Shown here: positions 1 through 10,429 of the stretch, in pieces | Layout: every line of letters starts with the position of its first letter | How positions within the stretch are numbered: position 1 is the stretch's first letter | DNA from: Vicugna vicugna | Lineage: Eukaryota | Direction: 5' to 3' | Length of the DNA: 20,000 bases | Assembly (NCBI GenBank): GCA_013265495.1 | Contig: MU058384.1 | Location: forward strand, 3,559,600-3,579,599 | Program-made: the position numbers and the translations under genes | The notes under the pieces: model-generated | Told to the model about the DNA's origin: nothing | Database searches by the model: none | What the model saw: the letters and a program-made list of their open reading frames with translations, nothing else

Positions 1-194
1 ACAGGCAAAGAGAGGGGTGATTCTTGGAAATATTCAACTGTAATATCTTTTTTATTTTTTGCAAAGAGAATGTATCATTTATCACATGTATAATTTTGAA
101 CACAGATTCAGATAGGTTGCAAAAATCCAGTAGAAGGAGCACAAGCGTAGGTTGCAAACTGGGTTTAGATGCAGTTCTGTCTTTTCTTCTTAGT

Positions 195-272
195 GTCTAG
201 CTTCAGGCCAGTCACTAAAACCCTTGAGCCTCGGTTCCCTTCTCTGTAAAACTGAGGCTTCAATACCTAATT
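195..272 (+). mobile_element. MIR SINE core fragment
   Basis: 'ggccagtcactaaaacccttgagcctcggttcccttctctgtaaaactgagg' resembles the MIR core (GGCAAGTCACTTAACCTCTCTGAGCCTCAGTTTCCTCATCTGTAAAATGGGG). Confidence 0.7.
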
Positions 273-774
273 CATGTGGTTGCCATGTTGATTGAGGCTG
301 TAATAGGAAGTACTTGAAATTCAGTTGGTCCTAAGTAAATAATTAAGAAAAGAGAGCAATTATTGCCCAGACCAGAGGCAAGGCCGGCTTCTGAGGATAG
401 TGGCAAAGAAAATGAAAAAGAAGGGAAAGATGAGAGAGAGATTTCAGAGACATGACAGAGAATAAGATGATTTGCCAACAAAACTAAGGCTTTGGACCAG
501 AAGCCTGCTTCCCGGCACCCCCTCCCCACCCCTGGCTGTCCTCTGGTTCTGCTTTTCCTCTTTCAGGCTGCCGGACGGTTGCTGTTGTGGGAGAATATGA
601 AGTGGGAAGAGAGAAAAGAATGGAACAGGGTGAATTTATGGCTAGTTTTGGCTATTTACTCTAACCACACTGAATAGAGTTGTAACATTTCATGTTGTGT
701 GCACATATTACAGTATACCATGGTCTCTTAGTTAAGCAATCTTAAATAAATCTTTAAGATTTTTCTGGGGGAGG

Positions 775-955
775 GCATATGGTATTAGAAAAGGAATGTG
801 GATCTGAGAACCTAGGAACCAAGGATGTAGCCTTAGCTTTTCTGAGTTAAGTAGGTGACACTGGGCAAGTCTTTCCTCCCTCTTAGCTTTGGCTTGCTCA
901 CTTGTGAAACAATGAGAAGATAGTCACAGCCTCTGCCGTCCCTCAGATTCTATGT
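775..955 (+). mobile_element. Degenerate MIR/MIR3 SINE
   Basis: 'gtgacactgggcaagtctttcctccctcttagctttggcttgctcacttgtgaaacaatgag' resembles the MIR core, and the segment ends in a MIR3-like 'attctatg'. Confidence 0.55.
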
Positions 956-2409
956 CTTGGAATATATGTCAGCTCTATTAAAAATCATAGAGGTTGGCAG
1001 GGTTTTGCTTGCATTAGTGCTATGGCCCAATATTTCAAGTCCTGTTGTTTTGTTTTGTTTTGTTTTCTAACAGTTGAACAGAAGAAAGCTCTCAATTAGA
1101 ATGCTCTTTTGATAGGAAAATATGATCCATTTAACCATAAAGCATGTCACATTATGGTTTCCAAGAGGGAATATCTGTATCAACAGAAGAGGCTGTTGAA
1201 TACAGTTTTAAATGACCACATTCAGTCTTTTGGATGGATGAATGGATGAGCTGATGGACAGACAGATAACTGAATGAGCAAATGTTCTCATTGTCTAAGA
1301 TTACGTATAATTCACAGGTCAAACTGCAGAAATTAAGTGGCAGGTGTATGTCTTTCAGCAATTAGGTCTCTGGCCATTGTCCCCATTCTAATAATAGGCC
1401 TACGACGGGTCTGCAGCTTGTGTCCACGTGTGTCGCATACTCGATTTGCCAGCTTCCCAAAGGGCTTCCTGGCACTTTCATTAGACTCTGCCTTTTTTCT
1501 GATAACACATCTGAACAGTACACTGCCCTTGCTGAGGGAAGCCAGTGACGATACTGAGGTTAGAAAAGGCAAAGTCTCTCTTTGTGGTTCCATTTCTCTG
1601 GGTCCCTTTTACCTTAAGAATTGTGAGATTTACAGGTTGCTACTAAAGAGTCAGAGCGTGTTTTCTTTTTATCCGATTTCTCCTATAAAAATTTAAAAAA
1701 TAAAAAAATTTTAAATTAAACAATAAATCCACAAGCACAAATACCACTCATACCTTGAGCCACTACAAAGGCAGGAAAATTTTCAGATGAAGAGCAGTGA
1801 CAAATTTTCAATGTTTCCGGGATGAAATTTTAATCTAGAAGGAGTTGTTTTTAAGTACTTTTTTATTTTGGCCAAAGGAACATGAACAAATAATAAAGCT
1901 GTTGTTTTATTATTGACGTGTTCACAACTAATATGTGAAGCCCAACAGACAAAAGCGAATTCTAATATCCCAGGCGCCCAGACCCCAGGGCATAAGCGTC
2001 CTCACATTCTCCATTTAGTTGAAGACCTCCCCTTGCAGCAGGACCGGGTGATTGTAGCTTCCTGCAGATGCCATCTGGCTGATTAGAAGGGGTGAAGGCC
2101 TATGGTGACAAGCCCACAGGGCTCTCCTCCAACCCTTTGGGAAACAGAAGGAAGTGCTTGCGACTCTAATTAGAGACCCAGGAACCACTAATAAATTGTT
2201 CAAGCATCCCTGAAGAGAAGAGGACGCGGGGTCTGGAAGCAGTTGGTGGCTTCACGTGCCATACCGCACACTCTCTGTTAGTGCCCTCTTTTCATTTTAG
2301 AAGAGTCTCCGTGCTTTTATGTCTGTTTGTTTTAATTACAAATCTGAGTGTCCAACCACGGCCCTGTTATTAAGAACCTAAGAATTCCCGCTGTGTATCC
2401 GGCCTGTGA

Positions 2410-2510
2410 GCTATTCATTTGTGAGTATCTATTATGTACCAGGTGTGGAGCTAAATTCTGGGAATTCAAGATAAATAAGATAAAATCTTGCCCAGAAAGT
2501 GCTCAAAATA
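2410..2510 (-). mobile_element. L2 LINE 3' end fragment
   Basis: 'attcatttgtgagtatctattatgtaccaggtgtggagctaaattctgggaattcaag' resembles the reverse complement of the L2 3' terminus. Confidence 0.6.
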
Positions 2511-2599
2511 GTCAATTTGATACTCTCTCCTCGCTGCCTCATGTTTGTCCATTTTTCTCTTTTTTCCATTGGTTTATTTTTGAATTTTTGATCAATATA

Positions 2600-2797
2600 G
2601 CCCACAGACTGTAAACTCAGGCCAGACTGGTTTGGAATCCCAGCATTAGCTTTTATTAGTACGTGACTTGGACAAGTTACTGAATCTCTCTAGGACTCAG
2701 TTTCCTTATTTGCAAAGTGAGGAAGATGACAGCTCCTACTTTGTAGAGGTGCTTAGAGGATGTTCAATGAATGGGACATGTTAGTTATTATTAGTAA
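2600..2797 (+). mobile_element. MIR SINE
   Basis: 'gtgacttggacaagttactgaatctctctaggactcagtttccttatttgcaaagtgagga' is a MIR core, preceded by a degenerate B-box 'ggtttggaatccc' and followed by a 'tgttagttattatt' tail. Confidence 0.8.
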
Positions 2798-3302
2798 TAC
2801 ATCATTTTCTCTTGTGTCATCGACAACTGTGTCATCTTGCATTTACCTCCATTAAAAAATTATACCTGAGCTCAGACAGGCGACGTTGTCCCACACGGTC
2901 AGAGGGGAGCTGAAACGCATTAATTGAAATTCTGATTGTTGTTTAATTGTAAAGAAGTTGAATGTTTCTTTACACATTTACTACTCTTTATGCATGGGGA
3001 AAGTTTTCAGAGTCCCTGGATTTGTGTTTCTTATACATATGGGGACATCCAGGCAAATTCTTTTTGTACTTTTTAGAGAAGAGTGAAAAAATGTTATATC
3101 TGTCTGTCATTGGTCCCTCTCCTCTGAATATAAGAATAAGGCCTGTTCATTATAAAATTTTCAGTAAATGCAGCAAAGTATAGCAAAGCAAAAGAAAAAA
3201 AATCATTCAAAATCCCATTTGAAATAACTGCTGGGAACAGTATCATATATATCCCTCCATATATATTTATATACATTTATTTCATAAAATGGTAAAGATA
3301 AA

Positions 3303-3567
3303 AGTTAATTGTTAAGAACTTATCACATGTCAGACACTATTCTAAATGCTATACATGTTCTAACTTACTTAATTAATTACTTAGTTTTCACAACCACCCC
3401 GTGAGATAGGCTACCAATAGGACGCCATTTTACAGCTCAGGAAACCAGGCCACAGAGATGTTAAGTAACTTACTCAGAGTCACACAGCTGATAAGGGGTG
3501 GAGCCAGGGAAGTGTAGAGTCATGCCAAATAGTCTGGTTTCTGTATCCATTCACTAGTCTATACTGC
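3303..3567 (-). mobile_element. Near full-length MIR SINE
   Basis: 'ccattttacagctcaggaaaccaggccacagagatgttaagtaacttactcagagtcacacagct' is the reverse complement of the MIR core, with both flanking MIR parts present. Confidence 0.85.
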
Positions 3568-3579
3568 TTTTCCAAACTA

Positions 3580-4420
3580 CAAATGCTGTTTCTCACTTAA
3601 AAATACATTGTAAAACTCTTTGCAGTTTCTTAAAATACATCTATAATTTAATAATATAATAATCCTAGTACTATTCTATCATATATGTATCATATACATA
3701 TTCATATATGTTATTCATTATATAATATTATTTATTATTTATATACTTGTAAACATATATATTAACCAACCTCCTATTGTTGAATATTTAGGCCATTTCC
3801 AGTTTTTTACCATCATAAATAGTGACTATCATCCTTATAAATATAGATGTATGTACGGCTAATATTTTCCTCAGGATAAACACCTATAAATAAAATGCCA
3901 GATCAAAGTATTGACTTTTTAACTTTTAATGGTTGACACTAAGTTACTCCCCCAGGAGGCCTCTAGCCCACAGGATGTGAGAGCCACTGTTTCCTCCAAA
4001 CTTTTGTCAGCACTGATAACATTTGTCTCAGGCTGAGAAGTGAAAATGTCATAGTTTTACAAATTTCTATTTCTTTGATTAATAGTTGAATATTCCTCTA
4101 TTAGCTGATTACCATCTTAATTGGGAATTACTTAATTCTCAATTTTGGGAGGAGAATTGCCTCTTCCCACTTTCTTCTAATGGAGTTTTTTTGAATTCTT
4201 CTTATTGATTATAATTCATATTTGTGTATTTTTTATTAACATTTTGTCTGATGTTAGATATTGAAATATTTTCCTTAATATTGAATGAGCTTTTTAAAGG
4301 GAGAGTTTTTTGCCCCATAAAAATTCCCTGTGTGTATTTATTTATAGATGGCCTTCTCAACACCATGATTATAAATAAATTCACTTACAGTTTCTACTAC
4401 TGCTCTTAAGAAGTCGCCTT
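3580..4420 (-). mobile_element. Ancient L1 (L1M-type) 3' region, highly diverged
   Basis: 'aaccaacctcctattgttgaatatttaggccatttccagttttttaccatcataaatagtg' and the following T-rich sequence resemble antisense old L1 ORF2 end/3'UTR. Boundaries are approximate. Confidence 0.65.
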
Positions 4421-4594
4421 TTAAAAATTAAGATTGCCATGCCTCCACTGCAGGAGTGGATATAATGGCTGATATTAATAAAGGAAAGAAGGTATCCTTT
4501 AGCCAAACCGGATAAAAATACTACTAAGTTGAAGACCCCGGTTTTATAATAATTTTAAAGATAGAAGAGAAGCAAAATATCAGGCTGACAGAGA

Positions 4595-4715
4595 AATTAC
4601 TTCAGAGATGAAAATCCGAGGCTCCGAGTAACTGAGTGATTAGCTAGTGTCTCAGTATTATTAACTGATGGAACTAATTTGAACTGCGACCACGAGGCTT
4701 CAAAGCCTGAGCTCT
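4595..4715 (-). mobile_element. Degenerate MIR fragment
   Basis: 'cagagatgaaaatccgaggctccgagtaactgagtgattagc...atttgaactgc...cttcaaagcctgagctct' resembles antisense MIR. Confidence 0.55.
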
Positions 4716-4982
4716 ACATCATTTAACTTGTCGGTAAAACTAAGTCCACTTCTCCCATCCCGAACCCCCACGGTTCTTGTCATCACTCAGTTTACCGCTT
4801 TGGCTTAGCATCTACATGAATTCTTCACTGTCCTTTTACTCTGGCCAGAGAAACTTTGAGTTCACCTGTGGACGCCAGCCTCCTGAGTGACTGTTCTGGT
4901 TGTCGGCTAGATTGTTCTACTTTGGGATTTTTGGTGAACTTTGGTGGTGCCGACCCACCACCCTGATCTCAATGCCCTGGTT

Positions 4983-5535
4983 CAGGGCCAGCTACCTAAT
5001 TTGCGGGACCTGTGCAAAATTAAAATGCGGAGACCCTCGACTGGAAAAAGAAAAGGTGGGGGCAGGAAGCTTTTTCCTTTTCCCCCGCAGTTTCTCTCAT
5101 GCCTTTACGTGTTTTATTTGCTATTTCTTGCCACACTTCCGTGGACACAGATACGGATACTGTCAGGAAGAGAACAGACCCTCTAAAACTTTCGGGACCC
5201 TGCCCTGAGACTCAGTGAACAGAGCATGCGCGCGCCCCCGCCCTCCCGACCCCTTTGCCCCGCCCCGCCGCGGAGAAGGGCGGCTGCGGTGGGTGCGCGG
5301 GACCCCGGGGAGCCCGCTGCCCCGAGCACGGGGAAGCAGAAGAGCGGCCGGAGGCTGCAGGATCTCGGCCCATACCTCATTGTTCTATCGGACTACATAC
5401 ACTTAAATAGGACCCAATTCAAAGATAATTCAGAATGGCAAGACGGGGACAGCGGAAATGGGGAGTGGGGGGCCCCCTTTTGGGCGCCGGACCCTGTGTG
5501 ACAGCACTGGTCGCTCGCCCACGTGGACAGCCCTG
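4983..5535 (+). mobile_element. MER45-family (MER45B/C-like) non-autonomous hAT-Tip100 DNA transposon
   Basis: The left end 'cagggccagctacctaatttgcgggacctgtgcaaaattaaaatgcgg' and right end 'ggaccctgtgtgacagcactggtcgctcgcccacgtggacagccctg' match remembered MER45 termini. The ends are inverted (CAGGGC...GCCCTG). The 8-bp flanks ccctggtt (4975-4982) and agctggct (5536-5543) match at 5/8, consistent with a decayed hAT TSD. Confidence 0.8.
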
Positions 5536-5760
5536 AGCTGGCTCCTCTTTCTCGAGTGGAGCACCGCCTTCTTCCCCCAGCACGGGTCTGCCTGCTGTAT
5601 GCCACGTTTATCCTTTTTCCTCCTCTCCCCACCACCCCAGCCCACACCACTAGGCTGGTTGAGATAAGCACCAGCAGCCCCAGGGAAAGCCAGGACGCCC
5701 TTCCTTCTGTGTGAGGTCGGCGAGAGCACCGGAAGTGCATTCCGCTCAGTTACCAGGAGA
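5200..5760. promoter_or_regulatory. CpG-island-like promoter/enhancer segment
   Basis: About 20 CpGs in 5221-5400 against a CpG-depleted background. GC boxes CCCCGCCC lie at 5236-5243 and 5258-5265, an NRF1-like GCATGCGC at 5224-5231 and a perfect ETS motif ACCGGAAGTG at 5728-5737. Confidence 0.65.
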
Positions 5761-7330
5761 AATTCTCTAGGACTGCTTTTGGTACTATTCCTAGAACCTA
5801 TTAGTCAGACCTTTCATTTAGATGCAAGTTGAGGATGCGAAAACAAGTAACTATGGTACTGTATTTTAACAGCTTAAACAGCTCCGTTTGTTTAACTTAA
5901 ACAGATGAATAGCTTTCCAGAAATACACAGAAGAGCGCGGCAGGCTTGATGAATGCAAAACTGACAGCTGCAAAGTCACAAAGGAAGTACCATTCAGGTG
6001 GCATTTGCTAATGAGTTGTATTTGGGGAGAGAAAGAAAAAGGTTTTAAAGTAATGAAAGTTAAATGCAAAATACAGACCTCCTCTACTATATTTTATGAA
6101 TTAGCAGTTTGGAATGTAATCTAGTTGGCATCAGCAAGGAGCAGGCTATATAGCATTTAATAAGGGAAGGCTCGGTCTCAGAAGTCTTACTTTGACTCCC
6201 TGAAATAGGAAACCTATACAAGGGACACTTTTTAATTGTGCGGCTATAATATTTGCTTATTTCTTTTATAAATATATATTAATGATGAGATAACAGTCAT
6301 ATTCAGAAAGCAGAATTTCTACAAACAGGCAGGTGAATTTTGCAATTCCAGCAAACAGAATTAAAAGTAGTGCTAAAAAATATGAAACAAATTTTCAAAT
6401 AATTTCTTCAATTTTAAAGTTATATATTAAAAATAAGTTCACAAAAGAATTTCATGAACTTTGAATTCAAGCAGATTTTAAAAATTAATTTTCTCATTTC
6501 TTTTCATCTGCTCATTCAAAGATCATTTTTAAAATATGCAGAACTGCTTTTCCACCTTAAGAGCCTAATCTTAACGAAAGTGATGTTTGGATTATGTTCA
6601 CAACAGTGTAAGCCTCATAGCAAACGTTTCTTTAAATATATACAGGCCTGTCAATTTGCAGATGAATAGACTGATCAGAGAAATGGCCTATTCCTGAATG
6701 ATGCTGAAAAGATTCATGTGTATTACACACTAAATAAAGATTACACCCCAAATAAAGACCCTTAGCAGTTCTGAAAGTGCCAAGAGAGGGTATACTCTGG
6801 TTGAAAGATAATTCAACTGCATTATTCCAGCTCTAAGGATGTTTTAATTTAATTTGAGAGGCGTGAGCAACATTTGCTGTTAAAACGGTGCTAATGACGC
6901 AAACCAGGGACACATAATCATCCCACCCAGTCTTTATCTTAAGTCCTCTCTCCTTCTTTCAAAGTGTACCCTTTCTATATTCTGATCTTGACAGGTTCTG
7001 TAAACCTCTCATTCTAATATTAATTCCTTTCTTGATTGAAACCCTGAATAAAAATCAGCTCATCCAACACACACAAGACAAAAACACTAGGTTCTAAATC
7101 TTGTGCTGGTGAGGGTAAGTCAGTGCCCAGTATATGACCCAGAGGGGCCAGTCACAGACAAAGAGGAATGAACTCTCTTGTACCCTTTCAGTTCTCCCCG
7201 ATTTTCCCACTGAACTGGTGCTGCCTTCCTCCTCTCCTCTGCCCTCTTTACATTCCCCTTTCACCCTTGTCCATCCTATCTTTCGAAAGAGTTCTTATCA
7301 ACTCTCGTTAATGTCCGTCATGCCCTATCC

Positions 7331-8460
7331 CAGGGGTCCTCAAAATGGGCACAGATGGTGTTATGGGAATCAGTTCCCAGATCCTCAGCATCCACGTGGG
7401 CTTTTTTATGAAAGCCATTCTCCCTGAGAAAGAGCCTATGGTCAAGGTGTCCTTCTGGTTCTCTGCTTCTGCTCCCAAACCTTTCACCTAAAAAAATAAA
7501 TAAAAGAAGTTATACCTCTCACCTTTCAGGACTCAACTCAGGGTATTACCAGAGGGCTTAAAACTCTCTGAGGCACCCAAGATAAAATCAATTTAAAGCA
7601 GCAGAGTTGGTGTTGCAGCTCTGGTGACTGGCCAACAAATTTTTTGCTACTGATTCTTTTGAAAAAAGAGCTGATAAATCATTAAAGATAATTCCCATGA
7701 TAGATCACTTTGTGATTTTTTTAGGATACACCTTGGAGAAGTGAGTAGCTTTCCTAACAGCAAAACTCTTCCCATTACCACCTGCTCATTCAGTGAACAA
7801 CGTTTCTCACACATCTATAAAATGGCATAATGAGAATTGGAGCTGAACCCTGTCTTTTTCTGACCGTAAGTAATATTCATCCATGAATTCATGAAATAAC
7901 TTTTTAAACACCCCATCTATCTCATTAAGAGATGCAGTTCTAATAGAATTTTGCTTTTGTATTTAGTAACAATCAACATTTGTAATATGATGATGTTGAG
8001 AACCCACTGAGTCCTGATAATAACTGAAATGATAACTCAATTCTAAAAGAAAATCCTTACACTTAGGAGCCTGTGGTCAAAAATTAATTTCAATTTACAT
8101 ATATGTTTTTGTGTGAGAAAAATATTTAAGACTTTCAAGCATAGAAAACACTAGGATCAAATTTCCATCAGGCAATGGAATAGAAATACAACTTCAAAGG
8201 GTTCAGGAAAAAAGAGGATGATCTCAAATTTTCCCTTGTGTCTGCTCATGTCTTTCTTATCACAGTGAGATTTAGGCTTTGTTGAATACATTAAAAATTA
8301 TGTATCAATTTTATTTTAAATAAAAATGGAAATTAAATCCTTTGCAACTACGTAAACTTCAGGTGAAAATTTTTAGATATCAACTAAACAGGTGCAAAGA
8401 ATACAGAGCTTTTGAAAATTCCCTTTGGGGATATGTAAGCAAAAAAATGTGAAGACCTTA
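7331..8460 (+). mobile_element. hAT-Charlie DNA transposon (Charlie7-like), internally deleted
   Basis: Left TIR-like 'caggggtcctcaaa' and right end 'ggggatatgtaagcaaaaaaatgtgaagacc'. An internal decayed transposase C-terminus (LFPLP..EQRFS...SNIHP*I) lies at 7766-7898. The subfamily name is from memory. Confidence 0.7.
7766..7898 (+). pseudogene. Decayed hAT transposase C-terminal dimerisation region
   Basis: Frameshifted translation LFPLPPAHS-EQRFS...AEPCLFLTVSNIHP*IHEI resembles the Charlie/Buster motif LLPFxSTYLCExxFS...LSxIxPxI. Confidence 0.6.
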
Positions 8461-8511
8461 TTCCAACACCTCTTCCCTCCCCAGCATTACCATCCAGAAT
8501 GTTTTGCTGCA

Positions 8512-8547
8512 GGGGGTGGAGCTCAGGGGTAGAGCATTGACTGCAGA
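8512..8547 (+). pseudogene. 5'-half tRNA-Cys(GCA) fragment (tailless retropseudogene)
   Basis: gggggtggagctcaggggtagagcattgactgcaga differs from the mammalian tRNA-Cys 5' half GGGGGTATAGCTCAGGGGTAGAGCATTTGACTGCAGA by 2 substitutions and 1 deletion. It stops just after the anticodon GCA (8543-8545) and has no T-arm or poly(A). Confidence 0.75.
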
Positions 8548-8663
8548 AGGTTCTGCTTTCAGCTATGGTGCCAAGATCAAGATGAGTGCTTTGGAGGAAG
8601 GAAGACCGAAGCACCATTACTGGGACCAAGGTCATGCAGCTGAGATGCGAAACCTGAGACATT

Positions 8664-8740
8664 CCCGACCTGTATTCATTCACACCTGAGAGTTTGCCTC
8701 CTTAAAGTTTGCATTCTCATGCCTCACCCCAGTCCTTTCC
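8664..8740. mobile_element. MER96-like hAT transposon terminal fragment
   Basis: 'cctgagagtttgcctccttaaagtttgca...tgcctcaccccagtcc' resembles the remembered MER96 end (CTGAGAGTGAGTGCCTCCTTAAATTTTGCG...GCCTCACCCTAGTCCC). Confidence 0.6.
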
Positions 8741-8744
8741 AATT

Positions 8745-8900
8745 ATTACTGGGTAATCACACTAAGTTATTTTGTTTCTCTGAGCCTCAGTGTTCCTAGT
8801 AATAAACAGAGAAAATAATACCGCTTTACACAGTTGAGTGAGAACATTAAAGACCATGCAGAGCATTTAGCAAAGTGCCCGTCTGTGGTCACCAATCAAT
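8745..8900 (+). mobile_element. MIR SINE (3' half)
   Basis: 'aagttattttgtttctctgagcctcagtgttcctagtaataaacagagaaaataata...gcatttagcaaagtgcc' resembles the MIR core and 3' part. Confidence 0.7.
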
Positions 8901-9454
8901 ACAGAGCAGCAGTTTTCTGACCCTGAGGAGAGTATCTGATAAACCAATTCAAAATGAGGCGATAGTCACTGAAAGACTTAAAGGACTATCATTCCCAGAA
9001 GGTTTGATTTTAGAAGGCCTTTGGAGAGGCGATATTTTCACACACGTGCATGTGTGCACCGTTGCAGCGCACACACATATGCACACAGAGCCAGGGGGTT
9101 GATAGGTGGAGGCTCCCCCTTTCCTCCTGTCTGTCCTCTCCCGCTGCCCTCTGGCCTCTGCTTTCAGTGAGACATGTCCTGTCGGTGCTCAAAAATGTCC
9201 CTGTCTTTCAAAACAAACCTGAAAAGTGCAGGGAACTTGCCTTCTCTTTGCAAGAAGCATAGATATAAGCCCTTAGTCGACACAATACTTTAAATATAAT
9301 ACAATATAACCTAATAGCATGGTCTCTAAAAAGGCATTATTGGTGGAAATACTAAAATGTGCAGGTAGGGTGGCTTCCACGTCGGTGAGATGGATGACTC
9401 TGTGAGAAGCCTAGTGAAATGAAGATTTGGTGGGTCTCCCTCTCCTTCCCTGTC

Positions 9455-9819
9455 CATCTTAGTCCATTTGGGCTGCAGCAACAAAAACACTACAGACTGA
9501 GTGGCTTATAAACAACTGAAATTTATTTCCCACAGTTCTGGAGGCTGGGAAATCCAAGACCAAGTTACCAGCAGATTTGGTATCTGATGAGGGCTCACTT
9601 CGTGATTCACAGACAGCTGTCTCCTCACTGTCACCTCACATGCTGGAAGGGACAAGGAAGCTCTCTGGGGTCTTTTTCATGAGGGCACGAATCCCATTCA
9701 TGAGGGCTCCACCCTCATGATCTAAACATCTAAAGCTCTCACCTCCTAACACCATCCCATTGGGCATTAGGTTTCAACATAAAAATTCCGGGGGGAACTC
9801 AAAGATTCAGACCATAGCA
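9455..9819 (-). mobile_element. Solo MaLR LTR (MLT1A/MLT1A0-like)
   Basis: The reverse complement starts TGCTATGGTCTGAAT and ends CAGCCCAAATGGACTAAGA. Length is 365 bp. The 5-bp flanks ctgtc (9450-9454) and ctgcc (9820-9824) fit a TSD. Confidence 0.9.
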
Positions 9820-10122
9820 CTGCCCACCGTTAGGGTCTGCCTGCAGGACTGGGTTCCACCCTCAAGCATCTCATTACTGACGCTGAGCGTGGAGTGCACA
9901 GGGCACCGTTCTATGCAGGGTGCAGAGATGAGTAGATGCAACACTCACCTTCAATTCGCTTTAAATTGAAAGAGTATGTTTGATTTCTCCTCTTTGCTCC
10001 TATTTTCTCTTTTCTAGCCTTACGACACCTAAGCTAGTATTTTTGTTTGTTTGTTAATATATTGAGTCATGCCCAGAGTCAGAGACACTAAATGTTCACT
10101 TAACCCTGTTATGTAAGATAGT

Positions 10123-10226
10123 TTTATTCACTCAAATATTTATTCATCAATAAGTGTTTTGGAGTGCCAGGCAACTGTGTGGGCGCAGAGGCTACAGCAG
10201 AAACGAAATTAAATAAAACTCCCTGT
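10123..10226 (-). mobile_element. L2 3' end fragment
   Basis: 'attcactcaaatatttatt...gtgccaggcaactgtgtgggcgcagaggctacagcag' resembles the antisense L2 terminus. Confidence 0.65.
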
Positions 10227-10269
10227 TTGAAAGATTTTTTTGAGAAAGGAAGGGGAAATATTTCTCTTA

Positions 10270-10400
10270 ATAAATTAAAAACCAAATCCTCAAGGCTTAG
10301 ACAGCCATGACATCCCAGCCTGTCTCCCGAGCCTCCTGCTCCTTCTGTATCTCTTACTTATGTTACTTCTACCACCACCCTGGCCCTCAGGGATGGGTCG
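10270..10400 (+). mobile_element. Probable L2 fragment
   Basis: 'aaaccaaatcctcaaggcttagacagccatgacatcccagcctgtctcccgagcctc' loosely resembles the L2 3' region. Confidence 0.35.
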
Positions 10401-10429
10401 TCCTCCTTTACCTGTCCACAGCACACTAA

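Noticed and set aside
1337..1696. 119-aa plus-strand ORF
   Set aside because: Non-ATG start, no recognisable domain and no supporting exon structure.
4900..5740. Many overlapping ORFs in the GC-rich region
   Set aside because: Explained by stop-codon scarcity in GC-rich, transposon-derived DNA. No recognisable protein.
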